Assembly (NCBI GenBank): GCA_937625935.1
Contig: OW569356.1
Location: forward strand, 513,007 to 577,006
Direction of reading: 5' to 3'
Length of the DNA stretch: 64,000 bases
DNA from: Tetramitus jugosus
Lineage: Eukaryota > Protista > Heterolobosea
The number at the start of each line of letters is the position of its first letter. Position 1 is the stretch's first letter. Below are positions 22,804 to 33,082 of this stretch, piece by piece. The notes under the pieces were generated by a model. It did no database searches, was not told where the DNA came from, and saw only the letters and a program-made list of their open reading frames with translations. The translations under genes were made by a program, and so were the position numbers.

Positions 22804-25440
22804 TTACCTGAGTCGCTGTTCGATGAATTGCAACATTCGCAGAGAGTATTGCTCTGGAGGCACGGAGCTCACTTGTTCTCGATCTGTTGAAATGAGGTTC
22901 TGTGTCATCTTTCGAATATCGTAATGTCCCAGGAAATCAATCAAACCAAAGAAGTATATCTCTGAGCCGTCGACAGACGATATCTGCTTCAATCTGTTGG
23001 ACGAGTTAGAGAGTAGCAAAGGAGAAGATGAGATTGTGTCAAAAGTCTTCTCAACATTGAGATGCACAATTTTCACTTGTGATCGTTCGACTTCTTCTCT
23101 TGGTCCGAGCAGATTGGTGGTGGCTGCCGACATGGTAGAGAATGCGGATGACACAGAGTCGAATATCGATTTGCTCCGCATAAATTTTCCATCTGTGGCG
23201 GCACTGTTGTTGTTTGATGGAGTTGTCGGTGGAGTGACATCCACAGATGGCGACACTGCATGATTATGGGAGGAAACAGCAGCCTTATGCATACTCACTG
23301 GCGGAGCAGTGTTGGATCTTGAGAGAGAGAGATGAGGCGATGAAGGAGTGTCTGATAATGTAGCAGCATCAGTGCGTCCGGTTAATGAAGCCCGATTGCT
23401 ATTGAACATTTGAACAATATCGTTCACGTTGCTTCCACCGTTTGTGGCAGACGACAAGGATGATGGTGATGCATTTCTGTCTGAAAGTGATGAAGAGGGT
23501 TTGACTGGGGTGATAGTGGTAGTCGATGCGTACTTTTGTTGTGGGAGAGATCTGATTGTGGATGGGGACGTTGTCCTATTATTGTTCACTGCACCTGCAC
23601 TACCATCTCCACTAAATATTTTGCTCCTACTCTTGATGGATAGATCAGTTGTTGTAGCAGTAGTATTAGTAGTAGAGCTTTCGGATGAGGATGCATTGCG
23701 CAAATGACTTGGTATCGGTGGTGTCTTACTCTTACTATTGTTGTTGTTGTTGCTATTATGAAGGGTATTCGTATTCATCGAGTAGCTTCTCGTTAGTGAA
23801 GCCGATGATGATGACTTTGGTAAACTGTGAGATTTGAGGGGTGAGGGTGATCGAATGGATGACGCAGATGATGTTCCACTTGCAGATGAAGATGATGCTG
23901 ATAAGAGACCATTGCTGTTCGTCGTCGTCGTGTTGTTTCGTGGAGATGCAGGTGGACGCGACGACGACGAAGAGTGCTGTTGTTGTTGTGGTGCTTGTTG
24001 CGAAGAGAGTTGAGGGACATGCAAGCCCAATTTCCGGGCAGTCGATGCCTTCAACACACCAACCAACAGCGAGTAATCCATGAGTTTGTGCGACTCTAGA
24101 AAAGCACAATCATTCTTCAACTGAAGCATCACCAGTTGCTTCATTTGAGGTCCAATATGAAAGAATCGATTCCGATTGATAAGATCCTGGTCCTTGAGAG
24201 TTGTTTCTCCGTCTCGCGCCTGTCTGCCTAGTGTACTGCCCTTGAGATCATACATTTCATCCATGTCGTCCGCATCCACCGAAAACAAGTGATTCATAAC
24301 CACAAATCGACGCAAATTTCCATCGACCGTCATACGAAACAGTCCATAGAATCGAGAGAGAAAGGAAGAACAACCAGAGAGATGACTCAAGTAACTTGTC
24401 AAGAATTGATCTCTCAAAAATTTAGCTTCATTCTTTGTCAGTGTTTTGACAATGAATCGATGGTCATTGGTAATACCAAACATGGCACCAGACTTGCTAT
24501 TCATTTGCTTAAAATAAGTTTCTCTAAAGCTTTCGACAAACAATTGTTCCAATTGTGTGCTCGTATAATTGTTAGATGTTACATTGTCACCACCACTGCT
24601 ACTCTTACTACTGTAGTTGCTTGTAAATTCGCTCTGAAGCAACTGTTCTCTGATTTTTCGGAATTGAGCGGGAAAATAATCCTTGAATTGAATAATGGTG
24701 TCGCAGTTGGGAATGATGGGCAGTTCTTGCTTCTTGTTTGCCTGACTCAACTCATACCTCATATCATATCTCAACAATTGATTGATACAAAATTGAATAA
24801 TGTAAAAAATTTGTTGTGAAATGTCCTTTGTGCTGTCACTACTCGTGCTGCTATTATTATTGTTGTTGTTGTTACTATTACCACCACCATTCAAATGAGG
24901 AATATTGTTTGAAAAACGTTGTATTGTGTTGGTCAATAAATTTCCACTTCCACTACTACTACTATTATTATTATTATTAGTATTAGTATTGCTGTGATTA
25001 CTACTGTTGTGCGTAGGATTGGTTGTCCTCTTTTGAAAGGAAAGATGATTAGAATTGTTGGTCGTATTCCTGTTGTTATTATTATTATTAGTATTTGTAT
25101 TAGTATTATTATTATGGTTAGTCGTATTCCTGTTGTTAGTGTTATTGTTATTGATTGAGAGCTTTTGCTTTTGGTGGAGATGAGTGGGTGGAGGTGGAGG
25201 TGGCATCACTGTTGTTGTTGAATTGGATTTGGTAGTGGTAGTGGTAGTAGTAGTCGTCGTGCTAGTGAGCAATATGGTGGACGATGATGAAGATGGTCGT
25301 TGTTGCATTGTGGGTGTCGGTGGAAAGTTGATTGGTGTTGTTTGTTGAGTGGAGGTTGGTTGGGAAGGAGTAAGCTTATTATGATTGTTCGTTGTTTGTT
25401 GTTGTTGTTGTTTGGAAAGAGGGCGGTGGTATTGACTCAT
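22804..25440 (-). CDS. Phosphatidylinositol-phosphate kinase (PIP5K family)
   Basis: FKDYFPAQFRKIR, SKSGAMF, FIVKT, LSRFYGLF, YDLKGS, LKDQD, LMDYSLLVG and YFFGLIDFL. Confidence 0.93.
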   Translation of the reverse strand: MSQYHRPLSKQQQQQTTNNHNKLTPSQPTSTQQTTPINFPPTPTMQQRPSSSSSTILLTSTTTTTTTTTTKSNSTTTVMPPPPPPTHLHQKQKLSINNNNTNNRNTTNHNNNTNTNTNNNNNNRNTTNNSNHLSFQKRTTNPTHNSSNHSNTNTNNNNNSSSSGSGNLLTNTIQRFSNNIPHLNGGGNSNNNNNNNSSTSSDSTKDISQQIFYIIQFCINQLLRYDMRYELSQANKKQELPIIPNCDTIIQFKDYFPAQFRKIREQLLQSEFTSNYSSKSSSGGDNVTSNNYTSTQLEQLFVESFRETYFKQMNSKSGAMFGITNDHRFIVKTLTKNEAKFLRDQFLTSYLSHLSGCSSFLSRFYGLFRMTVDGNLRRFVVMNHLFSVDADDMDEMYDLKGSTLGRQARDGETTLKDQDLINRNRFFHIGPQMKQLVMLQLKNDCAFLESHKLMDYSLLVGVLKASTARKLGLHVPQLSSQQAPQQQQHSSSSSRPPASPRNNTTTTNSNGLLSASSSSASGTSSASSIRSPSPLKSHSLPKSSSSASLTRSYSMNTNTLHNSNNNNNSKSKTPPIPSHLRNASSSESSTTNTTATTTDLSIKSRSKIFSGDGSAGAVNNNRTTSPSTIRSLPQQKYASTTTITPVKPSSSLSDRNASPSSLSSATNGGSNVNDIVQMFNSNRASLTGRTDAATLSDTPSSPHLSLSRSNTAPPVSMHKAAVSSHNHAVSPSVDVTPPTTPSNNNSAATDGKFMRSKSIFDSVSSAFSTMSAATTNLLGPREEVERSQVKIVHLNVEKTFDTISSSPLLLSNSSNRLKQISSVDGSEIYFFGLIDFLGHYDIRKMTQNLISTDREQVSSVPPEQYSLRMLQFIEQRLR

Positions 25441-25611
25441 GATTTTTTTTTTCGTGTTGTTGTCTGTTTGTTTGGATGTGCCTGAAGTGCTGATATCAAA
25501 CGCGAATCTTCCGCGGAGGATGTCGGTGTTTTTGATGGTGAGTGGAGTCCTTTGAACAGTGTCTGAACATGTTGTTGGAGATGGTGCGTGACCATTTGTT
25601 CTTTATTCAAT

Positions 25612-27654
25612 TTAGGCAGCAGATTTGGTGGTGAGGCCAATGATTCTGCTATTGAACTTCTTGACTGAATGGTCCAAGAAGAACCTGTCACTGTCATCCT
25701 TAATGTATTCACAATGTTCGAGCAAGTACTCAAATATGAGTTTACTTCTCCTGTACATGGCCAAGCACTTTTTGAGCTCCTCATTCTCCACGAATGGCAC
25801 ACTCTTGTCATCTTTGGCCAGAAATTCTAGTTGTATGGATTCTTTGGCTAACCGCAGACCATACCTGTACAATATTTGTTCTGCACACACGTGTGAATCG
25901 AAAATTCCCAAAGCACTTCCACTCATACTATTAGAGCTGACAGAAACGTCATCACTGCATGAATTGGTGGAGTTTGTACTATGGGAAGCACTAGTCGCAA
26001 TCGTTGATTCCACGTGTTGAATTCTCTCAAACAAATCATTCAATTGCTTATCAATCCAATCAGACATGATGTACAGTCTTCTACTTAGTTTGTGTTCCTT
26101 CCGGATCGCTTGCAACTTTTCATACTGCGAGTAGAGTAACTCAAGTGATTTGCAATAGAGTGCAATTGCTTCTGTTGCCCTAAAACCTAATTCAAAAAAG
26201 TATGCAGCTTCCGAGATGGTCCATGATTGCCTCATGCCATTCTCTATCGTATTTACATGTGCTTGAATTTCGTCTTCGCAGTCAACATTTGAAAAATCAA
26301 ATACGCAGTCTGGATAAATCAATGCACCTTCATGCTTCAATTTCTTGTCCAGTGGCACATAATCGTGTGTTACAAGATCATTCAACGTCGGCATCACTGA
26401 GTGTATCTCTTCTGTGTTGTTGTTATTGATTGTTGATTGATTGATAGCAACAGAATAGACATCTGCAGACACAACTGATAAATCTGTTTCTGATTTTGGT
26501 TGCAAATCTATAACATTCACATCTTTTGCTTCTTCTTTCGCATTTTCTGCTCCTACAGTTGATTTTGATGCCTTTGGTTCTTTGGTACTACTCCTGTTGC
26601 TGCGGCGAACCCTTTCCTTTGTTGATACTATTTCAGTTATAGGTGATTCAGAAGTGGATGGAAGAGTTGCTGCGAGAATGGATTGAGATCTCTCTGCATA
26701 ATGTGACTGACCCTTCAAATTCAGATAGGGATGCGCGAAAAACTCTTCAAACGACATTCTCAACTCTGGATCAGGTTGCAAAAGACCCTTCAAGAACTGA
26801 ACCGCATGATTCGATATCGAATCATCGTGTTCATACTTTACACTTGTGTTCTTAATCCTTCTCAACAATTCTAAAATGTTGGATGCGACATACGGCGTCA
26901 CACCATACAGCATTTCATACATGATGACTCCAACACTCCATAGATCAGCCTTCGCAGGATCATACTTTTTACATTCGATAATTTCAGGTGCCATATACAA
27001 TGGAGAACCACACAACGTTTCTGCCAGGTCATTCGGCTGTATCTGTCTCACAAATCCAAAGTCTGCAATCTTCAATACTCCGACGTGATTCCCCGTAATT
27101 GGCCGACTGAGCAAAAGATTGGCCGGTTTCAAATCTCGATGAGCCAAATTCATTGACTGCATCACTTTGAGTCCATAGGCAATATCCGACAGGAACTTGT
27201 GAGCCAAATGTTCTGGAACGCGATGATTCTCTTGATGATTCTTCAAAAAAGTGGCCAAATTCGGACCAAAGCACCTCTCAAGCACCAAATAATAGTGCCG
27301 CCTTGATTTATGAACATCCAACAAACGAACAATATTCAAATGATTGACATGCTTCATCAATTGAATCTCCTTGTCCAGTAACTGTATCGTACGAGGGTTC
27401 AATCTCTCTCTTGAAATCACCTTGATCGCAACAGGAAAATTGTCTCTTGTTCGATATCCTTCGTACACTTCGGCGAAACTTCCACGACCAATCAAATGAT
27501 TGATCAACAAGTAAGCGCCGAGTTTTTTGGCAGAAATTTTCTTGTCATTGGTCGATGAAGCACTGCCTGAATCGTCAATGTTGGTAGAGGATTTGAGTGA
27601 GGAGGAGGATGAGGATGATTTTCGGATGGATGATGATGATTTCTTTTCACTCAT
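25612..27654 (-). CDS. ATG1: Autophagy kinase Atg1/ULK
   Basis: IGRGSFAEVY, HRDLKPANLLL, LKIADFGFVR, LAETLCGSPLYMAPE and KADLWSVG. The C-terminal helical region resembles the Atg1 MIT/EAT region (EAIALYCKSLELL, AEQILY). Confidence 0.85.
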   Translation of the reverse strand: MSEKKSSSSIRKSSSSSSSLKSSTNIDDSGSASSTNDKKISAKKLGAYLLINHLIGRGSFAEVYEGYRTRDNFPVAIKVISRERLNPRTIQLLDKEIQLMKHVNHLNIVRLLDVHKSRRHYYLVLERCFGPNLATFLKNHQENHRVPEHLAHKFLSDIAYGLKVMQSMNLAHRDLKPANLLLSRPITGNHVGVLKIADFGFVRQIQPNDLAETLCGSPLYMAPEIIECKKYDPAKADLWSVGVIMYEMLYGVTPYVASNILELLRRIKNTSVKYEHDDSISNHAVQFLKGLLQPDPELRMSFEEFFAHPYLNLKGQSHYAERSQSILAATLPSTSESPITEIVSTKERVRRSNRSSTKEPKASKSTVGAENAKEEAKDVNVIDLQPKSETDLSVVSADVYSVAINQSTINNNNTEEIHSVMPTLNDLVTHDYVPLDKKLKHEGALIYPDCVFDFSNVDCEDEIQAHVNTIENGMRQSWTISEAAYFFELGFRATEAIALYCKSLELLYSQYEKLQAIRKEHKLSRRLYIMSDWIDKQLNDLFERIQHVESTIATSASHSTNSTNSCSDDVSVSSNSMSGSALGIFDSHVCAEQILYRYGLRLAKESIQLEFLAKDDKSVPFVENEELKKCLAMYRRSKLIFEYLLEHCEYIKDDSDRFFLDHSVKKFNSRIIGLTTKSAA

Positions 27655-28370
27655 TATTATTATTAGAGATTGTTGTGTTTTTGTTATATAAAATGATGAT
27701 GATTGTTGTTATTTGAATTTTGAAACGATAGATTTGGTATGGATAAATATAGAATGAGATTGGTGGATGAGTAAAGTGGTGGAAGTGGTGTTTTGGAGTT
27801 GATGTTGTGTCAGAGACACGTGGGGTTGGGTGGATCTGGCTAGGTAGGTCGATTGTTGTTTTGCTTTGCTTTTCTTTGTTATTGTTGGTTCTTTGCGCGT
27901 TTTTGGTGCATCGGCTTTGTGCGGCGCATTTCGCTTTGGAATGGAACTAGGAACGAAAATAGGTGAACAGCCCGACAGATGAATACAATGACACCATTTT
28001 TTTTAGCTCATGAGTAAGCTTACTTGGGTTGACTGTGTTGACCCACATTGATTGGGAAGGATAAGGTGAGAAGAGATATAAAACTAAGGATGATTGATCA
28101 CAGATCTAGGGCAGCTTAGAAGAAGATACACAGCATACACCTTTCCTGAGAAAATCACCCAACAAAAACCACACCAATCATTCCTCTATAGGGAATGGAG
28201 TTCTCATTCACCCATTCTGAATCTCTTCTGTACAACTACTGCCTTGGGTGCATGTGAGCTTTTGATGATTCCTCTGCTTCGGAATATTTGTTCGGCATTG
28301 GCAAAACACTTTCGAAAGAAAAAAAACCAAACCACAACAACAACAACAAAAACAACCAATAATACTTGAA

Positions 28371-30383
28371 ATGCCAAACTCTCACTATCATCAACTTGTT
28401 CCACCACTTCGATTCCGATGTATCGCACCACAAGTCTACGTCGGAGCCTATCCAACCATTCAAAATTTTTGTTTTCTACATCGATTACAACTCAAAACCA
28501 TCATTTCCATGATACCTGAGAAACCAACGACTGATTTGACCGAATTTTGCAACCATGCACATTCATTTTTTGAACAAACCATTGCTCCATCATCATCATC
28601 CAACAACAACAATAACTCATCATCGCATGATCATCAACAAAACAACAACAACAACTCTTCAACAACTACAACAACAATTCAAATACATCACTACAAAGTT
28701 TCACAGTACAAGGACTCTGTACAAGGATTATCATTTAGTGATGTGAGTAGAGTCATTGAAACCATGTTGGACAAGAGACAATGTCCACTGTATATTCATT
28801 GTTTAGATGGTAGGCATGTGAGTAGTCTAGTGGTCATGTGCATTCGAAAATTACAAAATTATGCACACGAGTGTCTCGTCAAGGAATCGAAACGATTCGT
28901 ATCCGAGTGGTCCTCTGAAGATTTGGACTATGTAAAACAGTGGAAAGGACCAGTGAATATGCCATTGAATGATCACTTGGTCAAATGGTGCAATCGAATG
29001 ACAACAAACAACAATGTTCACAAGATTCAAATTGTGAATCATCATCATCATCCTCAATCGTCATCGTCATCATCTGGGTTATCATTGTTATCGTCATCAC
29101 CATCATCGTCATCATCATCATCATCTTATGCCACAACATCACTACTCACTCATTCATCATCACCATTGTTATCCTCTGCATTCTCTAGTCAACATCATAT
29201 CAATAACAATAGTAATGGCAATAGCAATAATAATAGTAGCATAGCGACAAATACAAGCAAAGTTCGTACGAACAAGGCAAGTAGTGTGAGAGGTAGTGGT
29301 AGTGTGAGAGATGAATATGATGGTAGTGATGATGACGTTTCATCAATGGTGGTTGTGAACAAGGGTGGCAGTGATCGCATGATGAACAGTAGTATTGGTG
29401 GTATTGTTGGTATTGATCACAGCAGTAGTAGTAGCAGTGGTAGTGGAAGCAGTGGTAGCAGTAAGACGGGTCACAAGATGACAAGAAGCAAGAATATTCG
29501 AACACGTGATCTTACTGATGATACAGATGATGAAGATGAAGATGATCATTTGAAATCAAAGCTTTTGTCGAAACGTGGCTCTACAAACAAGAACAACTCG
29601 AGTGGAATTCGGGGTGCTGGTAGTGGATTGAGTAGGAGTATTACATTGAGCTTGCTGTCTAGACCTCTTGCCACTTCGCCGCTCTTTGGCTCTCCGACCT
29701 TGTCTAAATATCCCATGAACAGACAAAGCAGCATCAAATACAATGATTCGATCATTAGTGGAAGCACTCATGAAAACAATAAGAGTTCGATTGCTTCTCT
29801 GCTTGGATCTCGAGCAAAACTATTGCGCAACGGAAGTGGCAGTGGCGATTCAGACAACAAGACTCACATCAGCGATGACAAGAAGAGCAACAATAGTAGC
29901 AATCAGAACTCGCCAGAAAGTGGTACACGCAATAGAAGTGACAGTGCCACATCAGTGAACTCTCTGTCTGGTCCAATGTTTCATGAATTTGAATCTGCAA
30001 CACAGAGTTCTTTGGTTAGTGATATGAGCAAGAGCGAATCAACTGATGATATGCAAGCAGGCTCTCAGACTTATCAGATTAACCTTTCCGGGTTGCCCCT
30101 GTTTGATCGAATGAAATTGAAAAAGGATGTATTGTGGTTCTATTCTTCCATGGATCTCTCTGCACTCAATCTGGAATTCGATGAGAATCAATACATGTCT
30201 AGGTATGGGCTCAAGCGCCATCGTGATTCTCATGTCACAGTGCGGAGCTTGGAGCTGGGCAATGAGACATTGGACATTCTCGATCGTCTGTACGATGATG
30301 AATTGGACCTCTTTGATCCAACACAACTCATCACAGATGACAGCAACAGTGACGACCTGACTGAATGCACGCTGCCCCAGTAA
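28371..30383 (+). CDS. Siw14/OCA-family (PFA-DSP) phosphatase-like protein, Oca6-like, probably catalytically inactive
   Basis: LVPPLRF...VYVGAYP...NFCFLHRLQLKTIISMIPE and PLYIHCLDGRHVSSLVVMCIRKLQ. The CX5R Arg is not in register. Confidence 0.75.
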   Translation: MPNSHYHQLVPPLRFRCIAPQVYVGAYPTIQNFCFLHRLQLKTIISMIPEKPTTDLTEFCNHAHSFFEQTIAPSSSSNNNNNSSSHDHQQNNNNNSSTTTTTIQIHHYKVSQYKDSVQGLSFSDVSRVIETMLDKRQCPLYIHCLDGRHVSSLVVMCIRKLQNYAHECLVKESKRFVSEWSSEDLDYVKQWKGPVNMPLNDHLVKWCNRMTTNNNVHKIQIVNHHHHPQSSSSSSGLSLLSSSPSSSSSSSSYATTSLLTHSSSPLLSSAFSSQHHINNNSNGNSNNNSSIATNTSKVRTNKASSVRGSGSVRDEYDGSDDDVSSMVVVNKGGSDRMMNSSIGGIVGIDHSSSSSSGSGSSGSSKTGHKMTRSKNIRTRDLTDDTDDEDEDDHLKSKLLSKRGSTNKNNSSGIRGAGSGLSRSITLSLLSRPLATSPLFGSPTLSKYPMNRQSSIKYNDSIISGSTHENNKSSIASLLGSRAKLLRNGSGSGDSDNKTHISDDKKSNNSSNQNSPESGTRNRSDSATSVNSLSGPMFHEFESATQSSLVSDMSKSESTDDMQAGSQTYQINLSGLPLFDRMKLKKDVLWFYSSMDLSALNLEFDENQYMSRYGLKRHRDSHVTVRSLELGNETLDILDRLYDDELDLFDPTQLITDDSNSDDLTECTLPQ

Positions 30384-30487
30384 TAAATTCCTCATTTCGT
30401 CCAAAGGAACTTGTTTTTTGAAAAGCAACAATCACAAACCACAACACAACAAACTCAAGAAGAAACCAATCATTATCAGACAGCCCC

Positions 30488-32287
30488 ATGCTTGACCCTC
30501 AAAATCTCAAAGTATGCATTCAAGTATTGTCCCTAATTGAACAGAACCGGAATATTTTGTCCAATATTCGCTCATCAGGTGGTGTGACTACAAGCGATGA
30601 GTTCTGTGATGGCATGAGCAGCTTCTCAAAGCAAGAGATGATGGATAAAGAGGTCATTAATCGGGAAGAAATAGAAGAGAAGAGACTGCTGAGACAGTTA
30701 GTATCGATAGGTAAGAAATTGTTCGGTGCAGTGGGTCCAACAGAGAAGAAGGAACAACGAAAAGAACGAAAGAAGCAGGTGCAGCGATTGAAACAGGAGC
30801 ATGACCAAAAGATAAAGAGTCAAGCATTGCTCCAATTAAAGAAGCAAAATGAGAAGAAAGTTATTGCCGAACAGGTGAATAGTCACCCCACAATAGCAGT
30901 CACTCTCCATAGCCCCGTATGGAGAGAACATCTGATCCGCATGAGTGAAGCGATGATCAAAGATTCGAAGGAGATGGATGATAACGACCCTAATATGATA
31001 GAAGTGAAAACCGAGGATAGCCGTGTTGCGATTGGGAGAGAAGAGTCCTCACTTCTTCAACGCTCTGCTCGGTGTCACATTTGCTCCAGCAAGTACAAGG
31101 AGCTGCACTTTTTCTATCATTCTCTTTGTCCCAAGTGTGCTGCTTTAAACTATGAGAAGCGGGTACAAACTATTGATTTAACAGGGAAGGTCGCGATTGT
31201 TACCGGTGCTAGAATCAAGATTGGTTATGAAACTAGTTTGAAACTGTTGAGAAGTGGATGCACAGTAATCGCCACAACCAGATTCCCAAAAGATGCAGCT
31301 GTTCGGTATGCCCGAGAACAAGACTATCACTCCTGGAAGACTAACTTAAAGATTTATGGAATAGACTTGAGACATATCCCATCAATCATCTCGTTTGCCG
31401 AATTCTTGAACACTAATTTACCAAGACTTGATATTGTGATCAACAATGCTGCTCAGACCATCCAAAGGCCACCAGTGTTTTACACAAAAACCATCAATAA
31501 TGAATTGAGTTCCAATTGGGACGATTTGTGTGATGATGTAAAACTGACACTTGCGAGTGACTGGGTCCTTAGGGTAAACTCACCTCCTAAAAACAATGCA
31601 CTCTCTTCACCTAGCACTAGTTCTTTAGAGCTATCAAGCTCAGTTGGCTTGTCGGCCAGTAACACAACTTTGCTTCGTGTGTCCAAAGAGGCTTCACATA
31701 TAGGACAGTGTAGCATCTTGAGCGGTATTGCTCTCGATGTCGAAAACGAAATTAATGATACCACCGTTTTTCCAGAAGAGATGACAGATACCAATGGAGA
31801 ACAAGTGGATCTTAGACGTCTGAACTCTTGGCATTTGAAACTTGATCATGTTCCCATCGTTGAATACTTGGAAGTTCAAACGATAAATGCAACAGCCCCC
31901 TTTCTGTTATGTAAGCACTTGAGACCGCTCATGGCTCGAACGATAGGCGACAAGTTTATCATCAATGTGTCTAGCATGGAGGGTCAATTCTATAAGCGAT
32001 ACAAGTCTCCGAATCATGTGCATACAAATATGTCAAAAGCAGCCTTAAATATGATGACGAGGACTTGTGGCTCGGACTATGTGCAAGATTCAATCTACAT
32101 GAATAGTTGTGACACTGGCTGGGTGTCAGATGAAAATCCCAATGGTTGGTCCTCTCGGCTCATCTGTCCTCTGGATGAACTAGATGGCGCCATGAGAGTC
32201 TTGGATCCCATCTTCTCCTCTGTTCGAGATCCCACTACCAAGACTCATAGTCTTTTCTACAAAAATTACACTGTCACAGTGTGGTAA
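30488..32287 (+). CDS. Short-chain dehydrogenase/reductase with N-terminal CxxC...CxxC module
   Basis: CHIC...FYHSLCPKC, VAIVTGARIKIG, TTRFP, INNAAQT, INVSSMEG, HTNMSKAALNMMTRT and DTGWV. Confidence 0.88.
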   Translation: MLDPQNLKVCIQVLSLIEQNRNILSNIRSSGGVTTSDEFCDGMSSFSKQEMMDKEVINREEIEEKRLLRQLVSIGKKLFGAVGPTEKKEQRKERKKQVQRLKQEHDQKIKSQALLQLKKQNEKKVIAEQVNSHPTIAVTLHSPVWREHLIRMSEAMIKDSKEMDDNDPNMIEVKTEDSRVAIGREESSLLQRSARCHICSSKYKELHFFYHSLCPKCAALNYEKRVQTIDLTGKVAIVTGARIKIGYETSLKLLRSGCTVIATTRFPKDAAVRYAREQDYHSWKTNLKIYGIDLRHIPSIISFAEFLNTNLPRLDIVINNAAQTIQRPPVFYTKTINNELSSNWDDLCDDVKLTLASDWVLRVNSPPKNNALSSPSTSSLELSSSVGLSASNTTLLRVSKEASHIGQCSILSGIALDVENEINDTTVFPEEMTDTNGEQVDLRRLNSWHLKLDHVPIVEYLEVQTINATAPFLLCKHLRPLMARTIGDKFIINVSSMEGQFYKRYKSPNHVHTNMSKAALNMMTRTCGSDYVQDSIYMNSCDTGWVSDENPNGWSSRLICPLDELDGAMRVLDPIFSSVRDPTTKTHSLFYKNYTVTVW

Positions 32288-32402
32288 TTTTTTTGATTGT
32301 ATTTCAATTACTCCACCCAGATTCTCCGAAACTCTTCAGGCAAAATGCTGAAGTTAAACTTTCACATTTGAAGAAGAAAACCACACAACACCGATAAAAA
32401 AA

Positions 32403-32678
32403 ATGTCAGTAGCACAAGTTGAATGGCAATTGAAGCAATTTGAAGAGCACTACAAGAATGTAAGCAAAGCTGGTGAAGTAAGCTCTCAACTCGAACAAAA
32501 AGCAAAGAGAAAGGAAAGACAACAAAAGAAGAAGTCTTTGAATGAAATTGTTCGAAAAGAACGCAAAAAGCAAATTGACAACTATAAGCAAAACTTGAAG
32601 ATTGTGAAACAAAAGAAAAAGCCAGCATTGGTTGACAAGCAAAAGCAACTGTTGAGTTTGTTGACACAGAACAAGTAA
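32403..32678 (+). CDS. Small basic Lys-rich hypothetical protein
   Basis: 91-aa ORF in a gene-sized gap with AAAA-ATG context. No family recognised with confidence. Confidence 0.5.
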   Translation: MSVAQVEWQLKQFEEHYKNVSKAGEVSSQLEQKAKRKERQQKKKSLNEIVRKERKKQIDNYKQNLKIVKQKKKPALVDKQKQLLSLLTQNK

Positions 32679-33082
32679 TTTTGTCAAAACCAGTCGTAGT
32701 CAGATTGATTGGGTTTGGTTGGTTGTTTTTTACAACAACACAAAGCTTTTTTTGCTCGAGCTTGCGCGATTGAGGGCGTGCGTTCTGTTATTCTCCATGT
32801 GTGAAACGTTTCTTGCGTGCACAAGGTCTCCTCTCTCCTCAATCACACCAATAAAAAAAAAATAATCCGTAAGATTCCGTACATCCTCGTCAAGCTTTTT
32901 GTCCGCATCAACAACCGGAACAGCAAGGTGTTCTCGCGTAATCTTCGTACTTGGTATTTTGAGACATCACATACATTTTTTGTCTGCCCACCAATCCAAT
33001 CCAAATTCAAATCCAAAAACAAACAACAACCCCAAACTCACTCTCCACACACTATTTCAACAGACCTAACAAACAACATTCA

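Noticed and set aside
28005-28052. Short palindromes and hairpin (CTCATGAG, AGTAAGCTTACT, TGGGTTGA...TTGACCCA) between ATG1 and the OCA-like gene
   Set aside because: Too short to distinguish from chance, with no recognisable ncRNA boxes.
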